Positions 1 through 36,597 of a DNA stretch of 64,000 nt are shown here, in pieces. The stretch's first letter is position 1, and each line of letters opens with the position of its first letter. Location: NCBI GenBank assembly GCA_002269645.1, contig NIVC01000632.1:356983-420982 (forward strand), written 5' to 3'. The notes beneath the pieces were generated by a model. The model did not search any database. It was not told the DNA's origin and worked only from the letters and a program-made list of their open reading frames with translations. Both the position numbers and the translations under genes were made by a program. The stretch comes from Macrostomum lignano (taxonomy: Eukaryota).

Positions 1-660
1 CACCCATAGACTGGTGGATTTTGAATCTCACCCATAGATTGATGGATTTTGAATCTCACCCGTAGACTGATGGATTTTAAATCGCAGTCAGCATCATACA
101 TATTGAGAAACTGTGTCAAACCCTGGAGACTCAGCTGGTCACTAATACACTTGGTACAGACTCAACTGAGCACTATGAGCAGACTGCATATTTAATCTGG
201 CTGCCCTAGAAAAAACCAGTTCCCACTGACCAAATGGGTTGAAAAGGTTTCAATCGGAGCAGCAGGAATGTCGGCGGTTTTTACTTGACAGATTTTGAAT
301 CTCACCCATAGACTGATGGATTTTGAATCTCACATATAGACTGGTGGATTTTGAATCTCACTCATAGATTGGTGGATTTTGAATCTCACTCATAGATTGG
401 TGGATTTTGAATCTCACAATAGATTGGTGGATTTTGAATCTCACCCATAGATTGATGGATTTTGAATCTCACACATAGATTGGTGGATTTTGAATCTCAC
501 ACATGGATTGATGGATTTTGAATCTCACACATGGATTGATGGATTTTGAATCTCACCCATAGACTGGTGGATTTTGAATCTCACACATAGATTGGTGGAT
601 TTTGTGCCCTCACCCTTATTGATATCTCACTCTTATATTTGATGGATTTTGAATCTCAAC
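1..660. repeat. 28-bp minisatellite (CACCCATAGACTGGTGGATTTTGAATCT), interrupted by a ~175-bp block (~88-265) that recurs at ~659-835
   Basis: Period 28 seen directly (units at 1 and 29); near-identical block cagcatcatacatattgag...caatcggagcagc present twice. Confidence 0.9.
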
Positions 661-868
661 CAGCATCATACATATTGAGAAACTGTGTCAAACCCTGGAG
701 ACTCAGCTGATCACTAATACACTTGGTACAGACTCAACCGAGCACTATGAGCAGACTGCATATTTAATCTGGCTGCCCTAGAAAAAACCAGTTCTCACTG
801 ACAAAATGGGTTGAAAAGGTTTCAATCGGAGCAGCCTTGGAATAAACGTCATAAAAAAGGTGACTTAC

Positions 869-1654
869 AAAGCTGAAATACACATTTAGCAGTTCGTAGG
901 TCTGCTGCTCCAATTTCTGGGCATCCTCAGTCTGCTCCAACTGCTTCTGACGCAGCTCGGCAAAGCGCTCCAACAGTTTCTGATCGGCAGCTCGAAGGTG
1001 CTCGCTGTCGAGTACAGACTTCAGCTCGGAGATTCTCTCCAGAGCGGCTGCGGTCTCCCGGATCTGCTGCTCCTCGCTCAGGATGACTCGAATCTTGGCC
1101 TCGGTCGACAGAGCCGTCTCTTCGCAGAACCGGCTGTCCATGTACTTATCAATCTCGTTGAATCTGGCCAGAATTCGCTGAACTTTGTCTCGTTTAGCCG
1201 TGCTGGCTTCGTATTTCTTGTTCACCGTCTGCAGCGTTTCGGCGCACTGGGAAGGCGAGGAAGAGGACGGGGCTTTGTACTTTAAGAGCTGTTTAGATAG
1301 TTCATGGGGCTTTGTACTTTAAGAGCTGTTTAGATAGTTCATGGGGCTTTGTACTTTACCAACTGATAGTCAGTTCACGGGGCTTTGGACTTTAACAGCT
1401 GTATAGATAGTTCCCGGGGGTACTGTACTTTGCCAACTGATAGTCAGTTCACGGGGCTTTGGACTTTAACAGCTGTATAGATAGTTCACGGGGGAGTTGT
1501 ACTTTACCAACTGATAGTCAGTTTACAAGAGCAGTTTGCTGAACTGAAGGAATGAACTTACAGACTCAGCCTCCTTAACCAATGTAGGCGGATTGGCACC
1601 AAAAACTTTCTTTTCCATTTCAGCAATTCTCTCTTTAAGAACATTATAGTCCAT
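869..1654 (-). CDS. DCTN3: Dynactin subunit 3 (p22/p24), exons 1-2; last exon(s) not found, probably left of the window
   Basis: Exon 1 1654-1562 (MDYNVLKERIAEMEKKVFGANPPTLVKEAES|gtaagt); exon 2 1246-869 (ccag|CAETLQTVNKKY...KRDKVQRILARFNEIDKYMD...KIRVILSEEQQI...LDSEHL...LLNVYFSF|gtaagt); both junctions phase 0; resembles DCTN3 motifs KRERVK..IEDLIKYLD, KLQFILAEE, LDSAHI. Confidence 0.85.
1269..1520. repeat. ~37-bp tandem repeat in DCTN3 intron 1
   Basis: GGGGCTTTGTACTTTAAGAGCTGTTTAGATAGTTCAT at 1269, 1306, 1343, then variants. Confidence 0.85.
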
Positions 1655-2177
1655 TATTGTTTATTGTGTTTGATGAAAACTCTCATAAATGAATGGATAA
1701 ATCTGCTCAAAATAAACCTCAAAACATTAGTGCATATTAATTTAACAAGAAGTAGTTCTTACTTATTTGGCATTTTGTGGCCTATAGAGTTACAAAAGGG
1801 TTGTTGTTTATTAAAGAAGATCAATACTTAGCACTCTTATGCATGACCTTAAAATGAAATTCTGCAGACCTAGTACAAGCTAAGATATTGGTAGATAAAT
1901 AACCTATATTAAAATTTTAGGCTAGGTAATTTTGAATTTTAGAAAAATGACTAGCAATCAGCGCCCCCCGTTGGGGAGCCAAAAAATACAGCACAAGTTT
2001 TTTAATAAACTACATATAAGCGTCTCTTTGCATTATACCTCAGCAAACCCTTGTAAGCCTTGACATGCCAGCAATTCCTCCCCCCCCCCACAAGCCTTAG
2101 CATATCAACTCCCCCTTGACATCTTAGCAATTCCCCCATAAGCCTTGAAATCTTAAAAAATCTGTTAACCTTCTAAA

Positions 2178-2218
2178 CCTAACCCTAACCCTAACCCTAA
2201 CCCTAACCCTAACCCTAA
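2178..2218. repeat. Short interstitial telomeric repeat (CCCTAA)6
   Basis: Six perfect CCCTAA units at 2183-2218 plus a partial unit; degenerate copy ~2590-2643. Confidence 0.85.
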
Positions 2219-3039
2219 AGCATTGACATTTCAGTAATTCTCTCCGAGAGTCATTATAGCACTACAGCATTATAGCGATTCCCTGCAAGCCTCGACATCG
2301 TAGGGATTCCCAAATGAATCTCTTAACTTCGACATGAAGCTTCTTTTATTTTTTACATTACACTTTATCTATCAGCGATCCTTCCCGTGAAGAGCCAATA
2401 AATAATGAAAACATTTTTCAATAAACTACATCATCTACATGTAGCTTGTGAATTTAGCCTTGACATCTCGGTTATTCCCCCGTGAGCCTTGACATCTCAG
2501 CTATTCCCCCCGTAAGCCTTGTCATGTTAGCGATGCCCCCCATAAACCTTGATATCTGAAAAATCCCCTGTTAATCTTGAAACCCGCTAAAATCTAACCA
2601 TCAACCCAAACCTGACCTAAACCTAACTTTAACCCAACCTAAAGCCTTAAATCTCAGCAATTCTTCTCCCCTAAGCCTTGACATTTTAGTGATTCCTTAT
2701 TTAAGAATCACAGCACCATAGCGATTCCCTCCAAGCCTTGGCATCGTAGCAATTCCCAAATGAATCTTTTAACTTTGACATAATGACTCTTCTTTTATGT
2801 ATACATAGTGCTTCTTTTCTTTTTTACATGACTCTTCTTCTATCAGCGCCCCCTCCCCCGTAGCGAGCCAACAAAGAATGTAATAAAAAATTAAGTAAAC
2901 TACATGTACTTTGAAGTAGCTTCTGACGTTTGCTACTTTGCTTCTCTGGCATCTCAGAAACCGCCTCCCCAAAATCTCAGTTATTCTCCGTGAGCCTTGA
3001 CATCTTAGTAATTCTCCCCAGCACAGCACAATAGCTTCT

Positions 3040-6000
3040 TTTAATTTTTACATGACACTTCTTTCATGTCTGACATGACGCTTCTTTTATTCTTCCATGA
3101 CGCTTCTATGATTTCTCAAATGACACTTCCATTAGTTTTTATATGAGGCTTCTATGATCTTTTGATGACGCTTCTATGATTGTTTACATGACGCTTCTAT
3201 GATTGTTTGCATGACGCTTTTATGATTTTTACATGACGCTTCTATAATTGTTTGCATGACGCTTCTATGATTTTTACATGACGATTCTATGATTGTTTAC
3301 ATGACGCTTCTATGATTGTTTACATGACGCTTCTATGATTTTTACATGACACTTCTATGATTGTTTACATGACGCTTCTATGATTGTTTGCATGACGCTT
3401 CTATGATTTTTTCATGACGCTTTTATGATTGTTTACATGACGCTTCTATGATTTTTACATGACGCTTCTATGATTGCTACAAGACGCTTCTATGATTTTT
3501 TGCATGACGCTTCTATGATTTTTTCATGTCGCTTCTATGATTTTTACATGACGCTTCTATGATTGTTTACAAGACGCTTCTATAATTTTTTACATGACGC
3601 TTCTATGATTTTTATATGACGCTTCTACGATTTTTTACATGACGCTTCTATGATTGTTTACATGACGCTTCTATGATTTTTTACATGACGCTTCTATGAT
3701 TGTTTATATGACGCTTCTATGATTTTTTACATGACGCTTCTATGATTGTTTACATGACGCTTCTATGATTGTTTACATGACGCTTCTATGATTTTTACAT
3801 GACGCTTCTATGATTTTTTTCATGACGCTTCTATGATTTTTACATGACGCTTCTACGATTGTTTGCCTGACGCTTCTATGATTGTTTGCCTGACGCTTCT
3901 ATGATTGTTTACATGACGCTTCTATGATTTTTACATGACGCTTCTATGATTTTTGACATGACGCTTCTATGATTGTTTACATGACGCTTCTATGATTTTT
4001 ACATGACGCTTCTATGATTGTTTACATGACGCTTCTATGATTTTTTTACATGACGCTTCTATGATTTTTACATGACGCTTCTATGATTTTTACATGACGC
4101 TTCTATGATTTTTTACATGACGCTTCTATGATTTTTACATGACGCTTCTATGATTTTTACATGACGCTTCTATGATTTTTTACATGACGCTTTTATGATT
4201 TTTACATGACGCTTCTATGATTTTTACATGACGCTTCTATGATTGTTTACATGACGCTTCTATGATTGTTTACATGACGCTTCTATGATTGTTTACATGA
4301 CGCTTCTATGATTGTTTACATGACGCTTCTATGATTTTTACATGACGCTTCTATGATTGTTTACATGACGCTTCTATGATTGTTTACATGACGCTTCATG
4401 ATTGTTTACATGACGCTTCTATGATTTTTTTAAATGACGCTTCATGATTGTTTATATGACGCTTCTATGATTTTTTAAATGACGCTTCTATGATTTTTTA
4501 CATGACGCTTCTATGATTGTTTACATGACGCTTCTATGATTGTTTATATGACGCTTCTATGATTTTTTCATGACGCTTTTATGATTTTTACATGACGCTT
4601 TTATGATTGTTTACATGACGCTTCTATGATTGTTTACATGACGCTTCTATGATTGTTTACATGACGCTTCAGTGATTGTTTACATGACGCTTCTATGATT
4701 TTTACATGACGCTTCTATGATTGTTTACATGACGCTTCTATGATTGTTTACATGACGCTTCTATGATTGTTTACATGACGCTTCTATGATTTTTTACATG
4801 ACGCTTCTATGATTGTTTACATGACGCTTCTATGATTTTTTACATGACGCTTCTATGATTGTTTACATGACGCTTCTATGATTTTTTACATGACGCTTCT
4901 ATGATTGTTTACATGACGCTTCTATGATTGTTTATATGACGCTTCTATGATTTTTTTAAAAGACGCTTCTATGATTGTTTATATGACGCTTCTATGATTG
5001 TTTACATGACGCTTCTATGATTGTTTATATGACGCTTCTATGATTTTTTTAAATGACGCTTCTATGATTTTTTACATGACGCTTCTATGATTTTTTACAT
5101 GACGCTTTTATGATTGTTTACATGACGCTTCAGTGATTGTTTACATGACGCTTCTATGATTTTTACATGACGCTTCTATGATTGTTTACATGACGCTTCT
5201 ATGATTGTTTACATGACGCTTCAGTGATTGTTTACATGACGCTTTTATGATTTTTTACATGACGCTTCTATGATTGTTTACATGACGCTTCTATGATTTT
5301 TTACATGACGCTTCTATGATTGTTTACATGACGCTTCTATGATTGTTTATATGACGCTTCTATGATTTTTTTAAAAGACGCTTCTATGATTGTTTATATG
5401 ACGCTTCTATGATTGTTTACATAACGCTTCTATGATTGTTTATATGACGCTTCTATGATTTTTTACATGACGCTTCTATGATTTTTTACATGACGCTTTA
5501 TGATTTTTTACATGACGCTTCAGTGATTGTTTATATGACGCTTCGATGATTTTTTACATGACTCTTCTATGATTGTTTACATGACGCTTCTATGATTGTT
5601 TACATGACGCTTCTATGATTGTTTATATGACGCTTCTATGATTTTTTCATGACGCTTTTATGATTTTTACATGACGCTTTTATGATTGTTTACATGACGC
5701 TTCTATGATTGTTTACATGACGCTTCTATGATTGTTTACATGACGCTTCAGTGATTGTTTACATGACGCTTCTATGATTTTTACATGACGCTTCTATGAT
5801 TGTTTACATGACGCTTCTATGATTGTTTACATGACGCTTCAGTGATTGTTTACATGACGCTTCTATGATTGTTTACATGACGCTTCTATGATTGTTTACA
5901 TGACGCTTCTATGATTGTTTACATGACGCTTCAGTGATTGTTTACATGACGCTTCTATGATTTTTTTACATGACGCTTCTATGATTGTTTACATGACGCT

Positions 6001-7400
6001 TCTATGATTTTTTACATGACGCTTCTATGATTGTTTACATGACGCTTCTATGATTGTTTATATGACGCTTCTATGATTTTTTTAAAAGACGCTTCTATGA
6101 TTGTTTATATGACGCTTCTATGATTGTTTACATAACGCTTCTATGATTGTTTATATGACGCTTCTATGATTTTTTTAAATGACGCTTCTATGATTTTTTA
6201 CATGACGCTTCTATGATTTTTTACATGACGCTTTATGATTTTTACATGACGCTTCAGTGATTGTTTATATGACGCTTCGATGATTTTTTACATGACTCTT
6301 CTATGATTGTTTACATGACGCTTCTATGATTGTTTACATGACGCTTCTATGATTGTTTATATGACGCTTCTATGATTTTTTCATGACGCTTTTATGATTT
6401 TTACATGACGCTTTTATGATTGTTTACATGACGCTTCTATGATTGTTTACATGACGCTTCTATGATTGTTTACATGACGCTTCAGTGATTGTTTACATGA
6501 CGCTTCTATGATTTTTACATGACGCTTCTATGATTGTTTACATGACGCTTCTATGATTGTTTACATGACGCTTCAGTGATTGTTTACATGACGCTTCTAT
6601 GATTTTTTACATGACGCTTCTATGATTGTTTACATGACGCTTCTATGATTTTTTACATGACGCTTCTATGATTGTTTACATGACGCTTCTATGATTGTTT
6701 ATATGACGCTTCTATGATTTTTTTAAAAGACGCTTCTATGATTGTTTATATGACGCTTCTATGATTTTTTAAATGACGCTTCAATTATTGTTTATATGAC
6801 GCTTCTATGATTTTTTATATGACGCTTCTATGATTGTTTACATGACGCTTCTATGATTTTTTACATGACGCTTTTATGATTGTTTACATGACGCTTCAGT
6901 GATTGTTTATATGACGCTTCGATGATTTTTTACATGACGCTTCTATGATTGTTTACATGACGCTTCTATGATTGTTTATATGACGCTTCTATGATTTTTT
7001 CATGACGCTTTTATGATTGTTTACATGACGCTTCTATGATTGTTTACATGACGCTTCTATGATTTTTACATGACGCTTCTATGATTTTTTCATGACGCTT
7101 TTATGATTTTTACATGACGCTTCAATGATTGTTTACATGACGCTTCTATGATTGTTTATATGACGCTTCTTTGATTTTTACATGACGCTTCTATGATTGT
7201 TTGCATGACGCTTCTATGATTTTTTACATGACGCTCCTATGATTGTTTACATGACGCTTCTATGATTGTTTACATGACGCTTCTATGATTTTTTTAAAAG
7301 ACGCTTCTATGATTTTTACATGACGCTTTTATGATTTTTGACATGACGCTTCTATGATTTTTACATGACGCTTCTATGATTTTTACATGACGCTTCTTTT
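3040..7400. repeat. ~4.3-kb 22-23 bp satellite (ATGACGCTTCTATGATTGTTTAC / ATGACGCTTCTATGATTTTTAC)
   Basis: Continuous tandem units with variable T-run. Confidence 0.97.
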
Positions 7401-10400
7401 TAAAAAGTCTTTTAGTTTTCCTGACGTTGAAAAGCTTTAATTAAAAAAATTATACTCTATGAAAATTCGAACCACCGTCGCTGCATTTAGCAGTTCAGTT
7501 TGTTCACCTCTAGGCTAGCTCTCATCGTTTTGATAACATCAAATTTTGCACTTATATAATTCAACACTTTAAAATCTAAGCATAGAGTAAATCACACGAA
7601 GCAGTTATGACATAATCAGTTTCTCAGTCAGTCAGTATCAGTTAACAATTATGGTTACGCAATTTAAATCAAGTCTGTGCTACGCTTCCACACTGCATTT
7701 TCAATTCAAGTCGGAGTTACAATTCAGTGATGATGCAATCTATTTCAGAATCAGAATTCAACCAGTCAGTTTTTTCTCTAGCATTCTTACAATGCATTTC
7801 AAGTCAAAAAGTTTGCTTGACCTTTGCAAAAAAGCATGTTTTTCGAATATTTAATGCCTTTAGCATCGAGCAATTTCTTAGCCACGATGCATGTACCGTC
7901 ACGGGAAAATTTCTGATCGAACAGTGCAAGTCTCATAAAAATCGGTTAAGCCATTTTTTCTCTAATCGATTACAAGCAAGCAAGATTTTCATTTTTAGTA
8001 TATTGGAAATGTCTCTACTCTTTCCTTGAAAACATTGAAGCCAAATCATTTGAAAGAATAGACAGAATTATGATAAGCTGATTGCTGTTGCGACAAGTGT
8101 ATGAAGCTTCTATATTGTTAGCAGTTTTTTTAACTTGGCAGTCTGGTTCCTGGTATCTACAAAGATAGCACTAAGACTTCTAGGCAATGGTTGAGACTAT
8201 ATATAGTACTAAGACAGATATGGACTTGCTTAGGCAACACAGCAAGCTAACATGGGGTATATTATTAGTCAAATGAAGTAAGATGCTTATTTATTATTAG
8301 CTAGCAATAGTAATTTTAATAAATATATTTGCTTATATAAATCTGAATGAAAAACCATATTAAATTAAAAAGAAAATAATAAAATCTAATGAAGCATCCA
8401 GATAATTATTAGCACTAGTATAACTTTATAGTATTTAGTCATGGGCATTACAACAAATTTAGAAAAAGTTATAAGAGCCTATTGTAAGATTGGGCCTTAG
8501 AATATAATATTGCACCTTATTATTGGCAAAACTTGTCATATATGGCAAATATTATATTTTTCTTTTGTAGAAAAAAGGAAAAATTGCATTCTTGATTTAA
8601 AAATGATATCTTAAATTAAAACTAGACCCTATATATAATTTTATATTCTAGGACTAGCAATAAAGCCAAAAGATACTATTTATATAGACTTTTAGGCATT
8701 ATTTCATTAGATAATCCAAGAGCAAGTCAAGCTTCATTTTACAATCCCTGTTAAAAAAATAGTCAAAGTCAAGACACTTTAATATATCAAAAATTGTTTC
8801 ACAATTATTGTATATTGTCTTCATTTTCCAAATCACTCTAAATCATCATTGCAATTGTCATTAAAATGTAGCATAAAAAGTTATAGAAATATAGCTTATA
8901 TCCACTTTCATCACATAGGGCCTAATCATTTAAATGGTTAAATTGTATATAGATGATTGTAAGACAAAACCAAAAAAGCTTGTAGGTTTCAAATTATAAC
9001 CACACCAATAATAAAATTGTATTGAAGGGATTGTAAGGGGGCCTATCACAAAATTGAATGGATTAGTATGCAAGTATGGTGACATGGTCCCAAATTTGCA
9101 GTTTGATTGTGTTCATTCTATAGATACAAAGTCTATGTAGTCTACATCAAACAGTATATCTCTATCAATGATTGACAAATAATTGAAAACAAAATTATTT
9201 GTTATGATAATTGCTTCTACACAACCTCACTTTTGTTTTAAGATCCCCATTCAATATAAAACATATGTTTATTTCACTAGGGGGATTGTGAGATAAAAGT
9301 GAAGGGGGCTAAATACAGGTACAATAGTTATAAATGTCTAATTTTTGTTTTTTTGTGGAATGTCCAAGATATACACCTAGCCAAGACAAAACCATTAATT
9401 GATTAATATACCAAAAATTCCTAGAATTTTGAAATATGATCCTTCCAATATAAATTTTACTATTAGTATATTTTAAAACCTATAAACTCTTTTGGTTTTG
9501 TCTTATGACTATCTACATATAAATTCACCAGTTAAATGATCATATAATGAAAGTGAATATAAGCTATGTTCATAACAAAACATAAGAATTAATGCTATGA
9601 TACTGCACTTAGAATTGGTCCTATTTTAAAGTTTGATTTTAAGAGTAATTTTAACTTAAATGGTTTGTTAGTTTATATCTATCTAGACATCTATATAAAT
9701 TACAAATATTAGGCCCCCCTAGGCCTATCTATTTGGCGCTTGGCTTTGATTAGATTAGAGCAACTATAAGGTCTAATCAAAAACTGTTATTATTTTTTAG
9801 GCCTAATCAATAAAAATATATATAGAGACTAACTGTCCCATTGCTGTGTTTCATACACCCAAACGGCGTCTGCAGGGTCTAAAAAATGTCTTTCATTAAA
9901 TTATGCTTTACTTAGGGTATAGGCCTAGCATGTCTAGGCACTCGCACTTCTAGACTAGACTAGAGCCTACTAACCTAGCTGTTCTGTTCGCCATCGCCAT
10001 TGTCTAATCAGTGAAAAAAAGATTCCTATGGGATATGGATTTGGAACTATAAACGCCTTGCAACTGCAAAAGCTAATGCTTAACAGCGAATTGACAAAAG
10101 TCAGGACTTCAGTCAGGTAGTTAAATCGAGTTACGGTTATATGGTCGAGGAACTTTAGGCAGTTTTTTAATTTTGTCGTTTTAAGGAGTTTTAACAAACA
10201 TACTAATTTCTTTCACCGTAGTGTTTTTTTTGAAAAAGTGCATCAACTGATTCTATATATATTTAAACCCTTTTCTTATTTTAGGAAAACCTTTTGCTTT
10301 TTAGAGCAACAAAAAAGTGTTTGGTTAGTTCTTTTCAATATGGGAATTCCATTCGATTTTGTATCAGTCAATATATTTTTGCGTCTGTGGCCAAAACCCA

Positions 10401-10422
10401 TGCTGCGCGCTCCAACTACAAC

Positions 10423-21691
<11,269 letters not shown>

Positions 21692-22044
21692 CTGAAGCTT
21701 TTTTGACGACAAAACTTTTGCTCTTTAATACAATAATTATTGGCACTCCCTGAAACTATAAAAATATGAAAGTACTCGTAAAGAAATAATACTAATGTAG
21801 TCCCTTGTGAGCAAGCCCTATAATAAGTCTTTGTTGTGGCACAAATGCCTTGATTTTATTGTTTAGGAGTTCAATTTAATCTTTCTATATTTTCACGTAA
21901 TATTTTCATTTTTTTCTGTGCATTGCACTCTACAAACTCTATGAGTCTTATCTATGCGAAAATAAATATAAGCAAGCTTTGGCCCAATAAGGCAATAAAA
22001 ATGGCCTTGTGATTAAAAAAAATTTTTTATGACGTCTCTTTGCC

Positions 22045-22460
22045 AAGCCTCACTCCTTGACCCTCCCCACTGTTCAATATGACAGCCACTTCACTCCTTG
22101 ACCCTCCCCACTGTTCAATATGACAGCCACCTCACTCCCTGACCCAATCCCCACTGTTCAACCCAATCCCCACTGTTCAATCCGACAGCCACCTCACTCC
22201 CTGACCCAATCCCCACTGTTCAACCCAATCCCCACTGTTCAATCCGACAGCCACCTCACTCCCTAACCCTCCAAACTGTTCAATCCGACAGCCACCTCAC
22301 TCCCCGACCCTACCCACTGTTCAATCCGACAGCCACCTCACTCCCCGACCCTACCCACTGTTCAATCCGACAGCCACCTCACTCCCTGACCCTACCCACT
22401 GTTCAATCCGACAGCCACCTCACTCCCCGACCCTACCCACTGTTCAACCCGACTGCCACT
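22045..22460. repeat. ~41-bp C-rich minisatellite between WDR19 and PHLPP
   Basis: GACAGCCACCTCACTCCCCGACCCTACCCACTGTTCAATCC units. Confidence 0.9.
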
Positions 22461-23133
22461 CCCTAATCGAAGAAAAGTAAAGCGAAAGTTTTGCTTGAAA
22501 AAGGCGAGCCAGTCTTTATTTTTCGGTTGATAATTTTTGCACGATCCCGCTACAACCCTCAGCTTCAGTATTTTTTATCGTGGGACTTTGTGTATGAAAG
22601 CGGAGCGGTATTGAACTAACTGGCTGTGCGTAGTCTAGGACCAACACATTCAGAGAGATGGAAAGTCACACAGGCTGCTCAAGAGCATAAAGCAGCAGCT
22701 GAGTGCAAGAGCTGTACCACCCACAGCCAGAGGGAGGAAAAAGGCGTGTGAAAAATATTTCTACCATTCGACTCTAGTCCTTCCTTTCTCAGTCTCTAAA
22801 AGGAGAGACAGACTGAGCACAATCGCACACAAACGCTGGGCCGCCGCCCTATGAAGCCCCCCCCCCCCGGTCACGCTCGGCTGTACTCCAGGCGTTTCAG
22901 GCGCGAATCACAAGCCACGGGAGAGGGGGAAGGAGAGGAGAGACTAAGAAATGAAAAATAATTCTTCTCTGGCTGCACAAAGAGAAAGGAGGGCGTACCG
23001 TAGCATCGCATATTAAATATCTGAGTAAGTCTACTCCAGTAAGCCCCAGAAACTCAAGACTCGTTGCGCTCCAGTACCATAGCATCTTGTATTTGAAGTT
23101 GAAGATCAAGGACACCAAGAGATTGCGTCCTGC

Positions 23134-35402
<12,269 letters not shown>

Positions 35403-36244
35403 ACCTGCCCTGCTGCTGACATCCAACGATCTCCGTTAACGCGTCTGCACTTGACTGATCTAAGGCGCCGCCACTTCCGGTACATCTATCTAAATCCCGT
35501 TAAATTATGTTGATCTCATCAGCATCCGGTAACTATGATCAGCTTCCACCCAATCTCATCTGCAGCTTCCGGTAACCCTGATCAGCTTCCACCCAATCTC
35601 ATCTGCAGCTTCCGGTAATCCTGATCAGTTTCAGCTTTAACTGAAAGTTGGTTTGCTCCCAGCTTCGATGCAATGTTCGCTAAACAAGTCACACTATTCA
35701 TGTGTCTTACTACTTACAGTAGCATAGACAAGTAGCATATAATGTTTATTACTATTAAAGTAAGACTGACACTATTGCTGTACACATAATATAAACTCCA
35801 GATAATAGTCAAAAGTACGCACTGTACCCTGTAAATGTACCCCGTTCTTCTAAAAAAGCAAAACAAATGTATTTTGCGCTGCAAAAAAGTGATTGCATAT
35901 TGATATGCTAATCCTTTATTTGGTCATAAAGTAGAAATGCCAAATATATATAGTTTTGATTATATTTCATTGTAAACACAATAATATTACATAAATATCT
36001 AATAGTAGAACTAAGTAGGATATGGCGATGGTTCAATCACGTGCCGACAGATCAGTATAATATAATAAGACTCAAATGACATGATCAACAAGGGAAATGA
36101 CTCATTTGGTTGGAGACTATCATGAGAACACAACAAGTCTACGAGGGCATGAGAATTGCACGAGCCCCAAATTCCATCTGATCGCGCAAGGAAACGAACC
36201 CGGGAGCTTGGCGCGAGAGAACTGCTCAGCCCTCATCAGTCTTT

Positions 36245-36595
36245 CCTATCTCCCTTTCCCATCTCTCTCCGATCTCCAATCTCCCTTTCCCATCTCTCTC
36301 CGATCTCCAATCTCCCTTTCCCATCTCTCGCCGATCTCCAATCTCCCTTTCCCATCTCTCTCCGATCTCCAATCTCCCTTTCCCATCTCTCGCCGATCTC
36401 CAATCTCCCTTTCCCATCTCTCGCCGATCTCCAATCTCCCTTTCCCATCTCTCGCCGATCTCCAATCTCCCATTTTCCATCTCTCGCCGATCTCCAATCT
36501 CCCATTTTCCATCTCTCGCCGATCTCCAATCTCCCTTTCCCATCTCCCTCTCCAGCTCTCTCATGTCTCCCTTTCCCATCTCTCATCTCTCCCAG
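36245..36595. repeat. 31-bp CT-rich minisatellite just 3' of DOLK
   Basis: TCTCCCTTTCCCATCTCTCGCCGATCTCCAA units. Confidence 0.92.
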
Positions 36596-36597
36596 CC

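Noticed and set aside
659-868. ORF read-through past the DCTN3 exon 2 donor, and the duplicated ~175-bp block as a last exon
   Set aside because: No frame resembles the DCTN3 C-terminus (..SKQFVQWD..); a strong gtaagt donor at 868 explains the end of homology
3040-7400. CRISPR-like regular short repeats (here and at 37185-42175, 60350-61010)
   Set aside because: Head-to-tail monomers with no unique spacers, no cas genes, eukaryotic context
7651-8029. 67- and 100-aa ORFs
   Set aside because: No recognisable motif or splice-supported structure; AT-rich composition
8930-9265. ~110-codon minus-strand frame interrupted only by TGA (NUMT or genetic-code-4 idea)
   Set aside because: Translation resembles no mitochondrial protein I recognise; borderline by chance over six frames; would need a BLAST hit
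10297-10310. Possible RFX X-box (CTTTTTAGAGCAAC) upstream of ciliary gene WDR19
   Set aside because: Two mismatches to GTHNYYATRRNAAC including the first G; only a half-site is convincing
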